Source of the DNA: a virus
Taxonomy: Duplodnaviria; Caudoviricetes
Strand: one strand, 5' to 3'
IMG/VR virus record: IMGVR_UViG_3300002098_000034
Coordinates: 3,186 to 67,185 of that record
Length of the DNA: 64,000 nt
A model generated the notes under the pieces. It saw only the letters and a program-made list of their open reading frames with translations, was not told the origin of the DNA and did not search any database. Shown piece by piece: positions 47,970 through 56,190 of the stretch (position 1 is its first letter; every line of letters starts with the position of its first letter). Made by a program: the position numbers and the translations under genes.

Positions 47970-49479
47970 TCATTAATTTTTCGTAGTATTCTTTAGTTTT
48001 TAAATTTTCCATGTGTGATATTTTCTTCCAATTGTACTTTGAATTTTTGGTACTTGTTAGGTATTCCTTAGTGAATCCAAGGAATAATAAAGGTAATAAA
48101 TTAAATACTTGTACTTTTTTAAAGTCTATGCAACTAATATTAATTTCTTCTGAAAATTTCATAGCTTCAGGTTCGGTCCAAGTTTCATTTATCCAAAATT
48201 TATTCTTTAGTTTACCTCCAATACCATCAACAAATTCAAATCCATATTTTTCTGCATTTTTTCCAAATTCAGAATCTATTGAATAGGAAGTTTTTTCATT
48301 TCCCTTTTCAAATAGTATTAAATTATTAAAGTTAATATTATATAGTTTGTTGGATTTAAACCAATCGACTGTTGATATTATATCATCTTTTGTTTCTTTT
48401 GGCAACCCAACTATGAAATTTAGGTGCTGTGGAACTTCACCTTTCCATATATCGTGGTATAATTTTGGTATATAATCTCTCGCTTTCTTACCACTCCATG
48501 ATTTACCAACCAGATTAGATGCATATGGATGTAATGATTCTATTCCATGGTAAGCACCAAATAGTCCGGATTTTTTCAGTTGGTGTGCTGTATCGGGAAA
48601 TCTATGTAATAAATCTGCTCTAAGATAAGCAACATAGTTAATATCAAATGGTAACTTTTCTGTAATATTATAAAACTCTTTTATCTTCCATTCTGTATCG
48701 TTGAATGTATCATCCAGTATATAATAATTTTTTGTGTTGAAGGTCTCATGATTATATAATATCTCCTCCTGTATAAATTCCATACCCCTAATGTAGTCTA
48801 GTTTCTTTTTACCTAAATGTGGATACTGGCAAAACCTACAAGCGAATATACAACCACGACTTATATCTAAAGGCAAAGGTTCACCTGATAAAATCACATC
48901 TCGTTTAATGAATTTGAAATCGTCAGTTTCAATATTGTATTTTGGATTTCTAGCAGAGTTGAAAAACATTCTTGTTTTGCATTGTTGATTTCCTGATCCA
49001 ATAAATGAAGTTAGTAATGTTCCAAAAGGTAATGGTGTTCCTTTAATCAAATGTTCCAAATACTCCAAAAAAATATCTTCGGAGGCCGAAACATAACTCA
49101 TAATGGTTGCATCAATTAAACCATCCATATAGATTTTATCTGATATGTAACCTCCCAATATAACTTTAATATTAGGATATTGTTGTTTGATTAACCTAAG
49201 AGTATCTACAAGATGTTTTGGAAATCTATGAATGGATCCATCCGGCCAAACATAATTATGACTGCAAAGAAATGTGGTTGATATACCAAGTATCTTTGTT
49301 TTGGGTGTGATGAACTTCTCGGTTGCGTTGTATAATTCGGAGGTTGATAAATTTTGTATAAAATCTATGACTTGGCAATCATAACCACTTTTTCTGATCC
49401 AATGAGCAATTTTATAAGGACCAATGTATCTTGTAAATGGAAATTTAGCCGGTGTTGAATTCCAAAAAACAACATCCAT
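47962..49479 (-). CDS. Radical SAM protein with N-terminal cobalamin-binding-like domain
   Basis: SRGCIFACRFCQY CxxxCxxC; DDTFND, LRADL, GIESL, FIVGLP.ET; N-terminal GPYKIAH..R..GY..QVIDF. Confidence 0.85.
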   Translation of the reverse strand: MDVVFWNSTPAKFPFTRYIGPYKIAHWIRKSGYDCQVIDFIQNLSTSELYNATEKFITPKTKILGISTTFLCSHNYVWPDGSIHRFPKHLVDTLRLIKQQYPNIKVILGGYISDKIYMDGLIDATIMSYVSASEDIFLEYLEHLIKGTPLPFGTLLTSFIGSGNQQCKTRMFFNSARNPKYNIETDDFKFIKRDVILSGEPLPLDISRGCIFACRFCQYPHLGKKKLDYIRGMEFIQEEILYNHETFNTKNYYILDDTFNDTEWKIKEFYNITEKLPFDINYVAYLRADLLHRFPDTAHQLKKSGLFGAYHGIESLHPYASNLVGKSWSGKKARDYIPKLYHDIWKGEVPQHLNFIVGLPKETKDDIISTVDWFKSNKLYNINFNNLILFEKGNEKTSYSIDSEFGKNAEKYGFEFVDGIGGKLKNKFWINETWTEPEAMKFSEEINISCIDFKKVQVFNLLPLLFLGFTKEYLTSTKNSKYNWKKISHMENLKTKEYYEKLMNV

Positions 49480-50384
49480 TATTTACTCCATTTTTTCTTT
49501 TCATTCTCAACATAATTACTAAATTCATTTCTAGTCATTATCTTAACATCATAACCATGTTCCTTTAACCATTTTTTGGTTTCGGGTTCTTTTAATAAAT
49601 CATTGATCTTTTTATTCCATGCATCCAATATTGCTGGTGGTGTACCTTTTGGTGCAAATATTCCCCACCACAAGGGAGCAGTAAATCCAATTTCACCAGA
49701 TTCAATCATCGTGGGTACATTAGGTAATGCCACCGATCTTGTGTCGGAGGTTTGTGCCAAAGCTTTAACTTTACCCGATTGTATCATACTCAATGAAACA
49801 GGCAATGGCGAAAATAAAAATTGAGTTTCTTCTGTTAGTAACGACATAAGTGCTGGCGCACCACCTTTATAAGGAGAGTGTATTACACTATGACCATTGA
49901 GAAACCAATTCATTTGAAGGTGTGCAAGAGAACCAACACCATCTGAAGCATAGGCCGCATCATGAGTGACTAACCATTTTTTCAATTCTACAACAGAATT
50001 GACTGGTAACTTTTGTGATACTATCAATACACTCGGTGCCACGGCAAGCATTGATACTGCTTCTAGATTGTAATTAGTTTTTACATCGGAATCTGTATAC
50101 TTTCCAGGATCAATTGCATTGGGTGTAATATGACCCAATAACATAGTATAACCATCCGGTGCGGCATTTGCAACATAGTTCGTACCAATAATACCAGAAG
50201 CCCCAGGTTTATTATCAACATAAACAGGCCATTTCAATCTTGCTTCGAGGTATCTAGCTAATATATCTGTACCACCACCCACAGGATAAGCAACAACTAA
50301 TTGAATGGGCTTATCCGGATATTCTGCTTTGATAACTCCACTAAAAGCAATCAATAATACTAATAACAATTTAACTATTTTCAT
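49479..50384 (-). CDS. Bug/TctC-family periplasmic solute-binding protein
   Basis: Signal peptide; YPDKPI.LVV.YP.GGGTD.LAR, VDNKPGASGIIG, AAPDGYT.L, PYKGGAPA. Confidence 0.92.
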   Translation of the reverse strand: MKIVKLLLVLLIAFSGVIKAEYPDKPIQLVVAYPVGGGTDILARYLEARLKWPVYVDNKPGASGIIGTNYVANAAPDGYTMLLGHITPNAIDPGKYTDSDVKTNYNLEAVSMLAVAPSVLIVSQKLPVNSVVELKKWLVTHDAAYASDGVGSLAHLQMNWFLNGHSVIHSPYKGGAPALMSLLTEETQFLFSPLPVSLSMIQSGKVKALAQTSDTRSVALPNVPTMIESGEIGFTAPLWWGIFAPKGTPPAILDAWNKKINDLLKEPETKKWLKEHGYDVKIMTRNEFSNYVENEKKKWSK

Positions 50385-51495
50385 TCATCATTTCCTCAAA
50401 ATCATTTCCATAATTATACATATCTTCCGTAGGATATTCCTTACCAAATTTCATATCACTATTCATAGTATACACGAATTCTTTGCGTTTGACAAGATGT
50501 GCCAAACTACCAAACTTAGGTTTATTCAAATATTCTTCATCTCCGTTAACATCAACGATATATTGTTTTGGTATCTTTTTACCAGCAGAATCAATTTCGG
50601 AAAATTTATCGGTATTATTCATTGACCACAACTGAAAATCTTCCGAACAATAAAATGTGGTATAGTTTTCTTCCAGTTTCAAAGTATCTTTATTCATGGA
50701 ATAGGGTAAAATTCTAACATACACCGATTGCCATTTGGTAGCAAAATTAATCCACCAAAAGAACTTATACACATTATTCAATTCTATCGGAGCTGCATCA
50801 ACCATTTTCTTGAAAATCGCCATCATTGGTTCTGCATATTTTTTATGAGTTGTATCCAACTTAATATTAAAGTAGTCCATGATCTGTCCTTCTGCCTGAT
50901 CCATTGTTTTGAATAAATCACTATATGGATTTTCTTTGGTGAAAGAATCATTTACTTGTGAACCAAATAATTGGTCAGCGTTTTCACCCGACACAAACAG
51001 ATAATTATCATCACCTAGAAAATAAGGAAAACGATAACTGGAAACACATTCAAAATTTTTGATAATATAATTGTAATAGAAATTTGGATTCTCACCAATA
51101 CTTTCATTTGATAATAGTACAACTACTCGTTTAAGTTCCTGCTTCGTTGCCATTTTGAGTAAAGAACATAATATCAAAGTAGAATCTACACCACCAGAAT
51201 ACATAACAGCAAGTTTCTTGTTACCCATTCTATTGAGTAATTCTCTGGCTTTATCATCACAAATCTCATCAAAGCTTTTATCATATTTCCTAAACTCAGG
51301 CAGTTTTAGAAAATCAAGTACCTCAGTTTTTAGTGGAATACTAACAGAACCAGTCCTATCAATCGCACTAATGTTCTTACTGAATAGTTGAAAATAGGAA
51401 GAAAAGGCCTCGCCACCAGGAACAGACTTTAATTTATATTTATTCCTTGGGTCATTAAATATGTTATAACTATTATAAAATATTAAAGCACTCAT
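50371..51495 (-). CDS. PP-loop adenylating ATPase (asparagine synthetase/QueC-like fold)
   Basis: VMYSGGVDSTLIL PP-loop; VSGENADQLFGS resembling AsnB SGEGADE motif; no N-terminal glutaminase domain. Confidence 0.75.
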   Translation of the reverse strand: MSALIFYNSYNIFNDPRNKYKLKSVPGGEAFSSYFQLFSKNISAIDRTGSVSIPLKTEVLDFLKLPEFRKYDKSFDEICDDKARELLNRMGNKKLAVMYSGGVDSTLILCSLLKMATKQELKRVVVLLSNESIGENPNFYYNYIIKNFECVSSYRFPYFLGDDNYLFVSGENADQLFGSQVNDSFTKENPYSDLFKTMDQAEGQIMDYFNIKLDTTHKKYAEPMMAIFKKMVDAAPIELNNVYKFFWWINFATKWQSVYVRILPYSMNKDTLKLEENYTTFYCSEDFQLWSMNNTDKFSEIDSAGKKIPKQYIVDVNGDEEYLNKPKFGSLAHLVKRKEFVYTMNSDMKFGKEYPTEDMYNYGNDFEEMMNENS

Positions 51496-52217
51496 AGATT
51501 TCCATATCTCTCATTTTCAGTAACGAAATTCTGATAAATTGATTTTAGTTTTGACACATCAGTAACTTCAAGAATAATTTTTTTATATTTTAATCTCATG
51601 TTTTCACTCTCAGCAAGGTATCCAGAAATCATTTCATGCTGTAGAGATATTGTTTTTGCAGATTCTTGCAATGTTATATCCATTACGTTTGCATATCCTG
51701 TTGTGTAAGGATATTTTAAATTGTTATCTTCCGTAATATTGTTTTGTAATATTTCTTTTGCTTCTAGGTATTTCGAAACATAAACATAATCTTGTCCTAT
51801 TAAAGATTTAGTAAATTGTGACCTAGAAAAATCAATACGCATATGAATATCATCCAATATGGAGGCCTTTTCATTGGTTAACACCAAATCATATAATTCT
51901 TCTTTGGAATAAATTAATAAATTTTGTTCCCATTTTGTACGACCTGTGTTCAACTTAAATTTCCAACACTCATCCGTTAAAATATTATAATCAAACCTTT
52001 CAGCAGATTCAGAAGTGAATAGATAAGTGATGAATTCTTTATTGAATGTTGCAAGAGATTTACAAGTTATTGGATGGGTTCCAATGGCTCGCAATCTATG
52101 ATTGGAATCGATCAGATAAGTTAAATTCCTATCTGAAGTATTGATAACTTGATTTTTTTTACTTAGATGTTTTTGTAATTTATAATACTCAGACTCTATT
52201 TCAATTCTACTTAACAT
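51492..52217 (-). CDS. Hypothetical; C-terminus resembles phage tail-fibre-associated helical domain
   Basis: GQDYVY..KY.EA...YPY...YA....ITL.E.A..I.......E..RLK.K..I. Confidence 0.55.
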   Translation of the reverse strand: MLSRIEIESEYYKLQKHLSKKNQVINTSDRNLTYLIDSNHRLRAIGTHPITCKSLATFNKEFITYLFTSESAERFDYNILTDECWKFKLNTGRTKWEQNLLIYSKEELYDLVLTNEKASILDDIHMRIDFSRSQFTKSLIGQDYVYVSKYLEAKEILQNNITEDNNLKYPYTTGYANVMDITLQESAKTISLQHEMISGYLAESENMRLKYKKIILEVTDVSKLKSIYQNFVTENERYGNL

Positions 52218-52237
52218 GATATAACTTTCAAAAATAT

Positions 52238-52612
52238 TTATTGATATATTGGAATTGCTAGAACCTTACCTTCGTCCAGATAAATTGCCATGCCGCTGTG
52301 AATTATTTCCGTATTGGAGGAAACGGTTTCATAATAAACATTCATTCTGTCAAACATGCTATCAGTAATTACCATATTGTAGTTCGTATTATTATATATT
52401 TCTTCTGTCGCTAGGGTATAAAAATTATTAAAGGCACTCATACCCAAAAGATTTGGTTGTGGGAAAAAACAAGCAAACACCATAGAATTTTCTCCAAATT
52501 TTTCTATTAATGTGCCTTTAATAGGATTGTGTGACCTAACTTGTGTAACGTTAGGTAACATTTCAAGTGAATTTACTATCATACTTACATTGTTATTGGT
52601 TGATATAGACAT
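52238..52612 (-). CDS. Hypothetical protein in radical SAM operon
   Basis: ORF 1 nt after the rSAM stop; no recognised motif. Confidence 0.65.
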   Translation of the reverse strand: MSISTNNNVSMIVNSLEMLPNVTQVRSHNPIKGTLIEKFGENSMVFACFFPQPNLLGMSAFNNFYTLATEEIYNNTNYNMVITDSMFDRMNVYYETVSSNTEIIHSGMAIYLDEGKVLAIPIYQ

Positions 52613-52613
52613 T

Positions 52614-54059
52614 TTATTCCTCTATTTTTGCTTTTTCATAAACTTCAATACCATCAACAACAGTTTTTTTGTCCGTTATGATTTTGATCGGTATCACTTT
52701 TCTTTGTTTTTCTTCTTGATGTTCGTATATTGTACCCCAAATATCTTGGCGATCCAATGGTAACTCTTTATTATTTATTAATGTAGGAATATAACCGCCC
52801 GTGATTCTTTCAATAGCTAACGCAAACAACGGAATCGCATCCGAGAAAGCATTATTACAAGAGGTATCCCAATACTTACCGTCTAAGAACATACAAGCAC
52901 CTTGGCAAATATGTAATACTGGACATCCGGAACAATTCTCTCTATTTGCCCAATGCGTTGATGATTTAAGTTCTATATTATCAAAGTCTTTTAAAGAACC
53001 ACCGAGGTGTGGTTCTCCATTTTTAGAGATTTCTACACCACTAACATTCTGGCAAGTGAGTACATTACCCCTCAAATCAAAAGAAATAATATCTTCCTGA
53101 TCCATACCACATTTTTGGCCAAGATATTTTGATTCTTTATGTGTAGTAACATCGGTCATAAAATTATCAATTTTTTGTAAAATACCAGCAAAACCGATAT
53201 TTCCATTATTAGAGTAAATATCATTAAATGATAGTTTTCTAAATGCAAATCGTTCAGATTTTAAATTCAATGAATTTTCTAATCCATCTTCATCATAAGC
53301 ATCAACAAAAGTACCTTCACCTAATCTAACCTGAGTGTCACCGGTAAAATCTACAAACCAATCAAAAATAGCTTTTCGGCTTAGATTTTTTGAATTCAAC
53401 ATAGAATTGAAACTCATACGATTTTTTGGTTTCAATGCATTGTACAAATCGAGAACAATATTTTTACTTTCTTCATTTTCAAATGGATCCGGACCACGAA
53501 CATATTGACCGGGACCATCATGACTAACTGCAACAGAAAAACCCATCGCATACAACCATGCGCATATATCTTCGGTTAATATTGATCCATTAGTAATGAC
53601 AGAAAACTGTGGTGCTTTTTTCCAAAGTGAAAACTTTTCTTTGATTGCCTCGGCCAAAGGCTTCATGGTTTTCCAATATACAAATGGTTCGCCACCCCAA
53701 AATTCAACAGCTAAACCGGTTTCTTCGGAGTATTCCAATACATCAAGCATTTCCATGAAATTATCGATATCTTTTTTTGAAGTTTCTGGTGCTCGTTCAA
53801 CAAATTTTTGTGAACAATAATCACAGGAATAGTTACAACTTAAACCCATTTGGATTTTAATTTTTTTAACTTTTCTGGACTTTTTTAGTGGAGATTCTTT
53901 GGAGAAAGGTATAGATTCTTTTCCAAAATTGATAGTTTTCTTACGTTCGGTATCAGTAAAGACAAAACCAGTTTCATCTTTTAAAATATTCTTCTCATTA
54001 TCGTAATAAAATATTTTTTTGTCTGTAGGAGTTTTTTCTGCTAGTATTTCAAAAATCAT
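52614..54059 (-). CDS. Radical SAM-SPASM peptide/protein-modifying enzyme
   Basis: CNYSCDYC; FWGGEPF; ITNGS; SHDG; full SPASM pattern C-x13-G-x4-C...C-x2-C-x5-C-x3-C-x11-C. Confidence 0.92.
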   Translation of the reverse strand: MIFEILAEKTPTDKKIFYYDNEKNILKDETGFVFTDTERKKTINFGKESIPFSKESPLKKSRKVKKIKIQMGLSCNYSCDYCSQKFVERAPETSKKDIDNFMEMLDVLEYSEETGLAVEFWGGEPFVYWKTMKPLAEAIKEKFSLWKKAPQFSVITNGSILTEDICAWLYAMGFSVAVSHDGPGQYVRGPDPFENEESKNIVLDLYNALKPKNRMSFNSMLNSKNLSRKAIFDWFVDFTGDTQVRLGEGTFVDAYDEDGLENSLNLKSERFAFRKLSFNDIYSNNGNIGFAGILQKIDNFMTDVTTHKESKYLGQKCGMDQEDIISFDLRGNVLTCQNVSGVEISKNGEPHLGGSLKDFDNIELKSSTHWANRENCSGCPVLHICQGACMFLDGKYWDTSCNNAFSDAIPLFALAIERITGGYIPTLINNKELPLDRQDIWGTIYEHQEEKQRKVIPIKIITDKKTVVDGIEVYEKAKIEE

Positions 54060-54086
54060 TTCAAATCCATTATATTTTAATATCGT

Positions 54087-54467
54087 TTAACCACCACAAG
54101 CACTACAATCACAAGCACAAGCCGCACAATTATAACCTACATCCGCAACAGGCGTACAATTATATGTACAATTACAATTACAATCCGCTTGCAGCCAAGC
54201 CTGTGCATCACAATTGGCACAATTTACAGCATAGCAATTATGACAGTTGTAACAGTTGTAATCACAGGCACAATTACAATCGGCCTGAGCACAATTCCCA
54301 TTATTACAGTTACCATTTTGATTGCTAGCATAGTAATTTCGAGCATGAATAGAATTCATATCATGTACAGCATCTTTGGTATTAGCTTGAACCCACGACA
54401 AAGCACTCTGGCCAGTTAAGGTTTTGAGGTCATTTAGTGATATTTCTCCGGATGCTGGTAGTGCCAT
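54087..54467 (-). CDS. Cys-rich protein, putative rSAM substrate (126 aa, 19 Cys)
   Basis: Cys-free residues 1-53, then 19 Cys with 12 NC dipeptides; directly upstream of rSAM-SPASM. Confidence 0.85.
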   Translation of the reverse strand: MALPASGEISLNDLKTLTGQSALSWVQANTKDAVHDMNSIHARNYYASNQNGNCNNGNCAQADCNCACDYNCYNCHNCYAVNCANCDAQAWLQADCNCNCTYNCTPVADVGYNCAACACDCSACGG

Positions 54468-54494
54468 TTTAGTTACCTATTCGTTGTATTGCTC

Positions 54495-54502
54495 TATTTA
54501 TT
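54495..54502 (-). promoter_or_regulatory. Late-promoter-like AATAAATA upstream of Cys-rich gene
   Basis: One mismatch to TATAAATA, overlaps phoH stop; 27 nt before ATG; same variant precedes gp8. Confidence 0.6.
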
Positions 54503-55268
54503 CGTTGTCCTCAAACTTCAATTTGGCCAAGATATACTCTTTAACCAAACTACTTCTAACAATGTCCTCTGCCGTAAACTCAATCCGAGTAAAAGCACTC
54601 ATGTGCATGGCAATATCAAAGAACTTCAATATACCACTCATGTCATGCTTTTTCTTATTTAGGTCGGTTTGTCTATAATCACCACACCAAATAATCTTTG
54701 ACCTGTAACCAACACGGGTCATTACCGTATCAATTTCTTCAAAGGTCAAATTCTGCATCTCATCAACAATAATAATGGCATCATCAAAACTCATACCACG
54801 AATAAAACTGGTAGAGATAAACTCAATGTGTCCTTGTTCAGCCAATCTTTGATAGGCATCCTTACGACCAAATAATGTATCACAAATCTGCTGGTAAGGT
54901 TGCTGAAAGATTTCCATCTTCTCATTTACATCACCAGGTAAGTGGCCAATTTCTCTTGATTGTACGGCAGAACGGACAATAATAATCTTGTGAAAAGGAT
55001 TGGACTTATCCAATACTTCTTCTAGTGCTTTATACAGAGCACAGAATGTTTTACCTGTACCTGCTACACCATGTAATGCAACAAAGTAATCACCTTGTTT
55101 ATAAGCATCAAAGAATAACTTTTGGTTATCTGTTAATGGTTGAAATGTTTTTAAATCATCAATTCTTACTTTTAAGGCATTTGTGTGTTGTAACTGCCTT
55201 GGATCTTTTGTTTCTTTCTCATGTGGATTATATTGAACTTCTGGTACAATCTTCTTTCTAGCTACCAT
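54498..55268 (-). CDS. phoH: PhoH-family ATPase
   Basis: GVAGTGKTF, RSAV..REIGHLPG...EK, FIRG.SFD..IIIVDE.QNL, CGD..Q.DL, DIVRS.LVK. Confidence 0.95.
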   Translation of the reverse strand: MVARKKIVPEVQYNPHEKETKDPRQLQHTNALKVRIDDLKTFQPLTDNQKLFFDAYKQGDYFVALHGVAGTGKTFCALYKALEEVLDKSNPFHKIIIVRSAVQSREIGHLPGDVNEKMEIFQQPYQQICDTLFGRKDAYQRLAEQGHIEFISTSFIRGMSFDDAIIIVDEMQNLTFEEIDTVMTRVGYRSKIIWCGDYRQTDLNKKKHDMSGILKFFDIAMHMSAFTRIEFTAEDIVRSSLVKEYILAKLKFEDNE

Positions 55269-55298
55269 GTGGATCCTTGAGTTGTTATTGTTATTGTA

Positions 55299-55580
55299 TC
55301 ACCATTCTCTTGGGGCTTTATGCTTATGCCCTGCTTTGATTGTATTCTGTGCAACACCTTCTTTCATACGGCCAATTACATATTTCTCAAACGTACTATC
55401 TGCCTTACCCATTCCAGGAACGGATAAACGAGAACCATCAGAGTATACTGGAAAGTTCTCTGCAAAAATGTGCATTTCTAAATGGGGATTGTCTGCTTTG
55501 AATTGGTCAAGAACGGTGTAGGACATTCTATGTTCCTCACGTTCACCTGTTTCTTTATTTACAAAATCATACGATGGCAT
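55299..55580 (-). CDS. Conserved small protein (FmdB-like N-terminus)
   Basis: MPSYDF.N..TGE..E..MSY...D.F...NPH. Confidence 0.65.
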   Translation of the reverse strand: MPSYDFVNKETGEREEHRMSYTVLDQFKADNPHLEMHIFAENFPVYSDGSRLSVPGMGKADSTFEKYVIGRMKEGVAQNTIKAGHKHKAPREW

Positions 55581-56130
55581 GGTACCACTCCGGTTGTTTA
55601 CGAGAATTCACTTTACCTTGCCAACTAGCAAGATGCTTCTTATTATTTATATAGTAATTATGGTATGAGGTAATGGAATCACCGGGGATTATTAATTCCG
55701 GTGGCATGGCAGGAGTAGGTTCAGTAAAAGGACCTTCTGGAATGTTTTTTGGAAAAATATTCTTGAGTGTCTGCATCAAATCAGAAGCTTCAACTTTGTG
55801 AATTTTACCATACCGATAGGTATATTCGATACATAATTCTTCTAGCAGTTCAGCCAGCCACATATAATTGGATGATGTTCTTCGTACCCAAACTGCTGAA
55901 GGATGATTGATATGAGTAGCAGAATAAAGAGTAGAATCACGGCCATCAGGAAGAGCATATCGAGTTTGCTTTCGACCAGTTTTACTGAGGCCAATAATGG
56001 GAGTACCATCGAGAACACGATGAGCAGTAGAAAGTAGTTGAGCCAGCTCTAATATCATTTTCACAACATGTTTATCAACATGCATCTGAGCACATTGAAT
56101 GGGGTTTTTAGAAAGGTAAAATATATTCAT
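55567..56130 (-). CDS. Pyrimidine-dimer DNA glycosylase (DenV)-family protein
   Basis: MNIF.L...P..CA..H.DKHVVKM.LE.AQLLSTAH, TH.NHP...W.R, EY..RYGK.H. Confidence 0.75.
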   Translation of the reverse strand: MNIFYLSKNPIQCAQMHVDKHVVKMILELAQLLSTAHRVLDGTPIIGLSKTGRKQTRYALPDGRDSTLYSATHINHPSAVWVRRTSSNYMWLAELLEELCIEYTYRYGKIHKVEASDLMQTLKNIFPKNIPEGPFTEPTPAMPPELIIPGDSITSYHNYYINNKKHLASWQGKVNSRKQPEWYHAIV

Positions 56131-56161
56131 AATGTATCATAAAATAGTCATTAAGTGGGTT

Positions 56162-56190
56162 ATTGTATCATATACGATACATTTTGTCAA
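56162..56190 (-). promoter_or_regulatory. Sigma70-type promoter
   Basis: TTGACA-17 nt-TACAAT. Confidence 0.8.

Noticed and set aside
50371-54467. Lasso peptide cluster
   Set aside because: No transglutaminase-like B protein, and the precursor lacks the lasso leader/core pattern; only a remote AsnB-fold resemblance.
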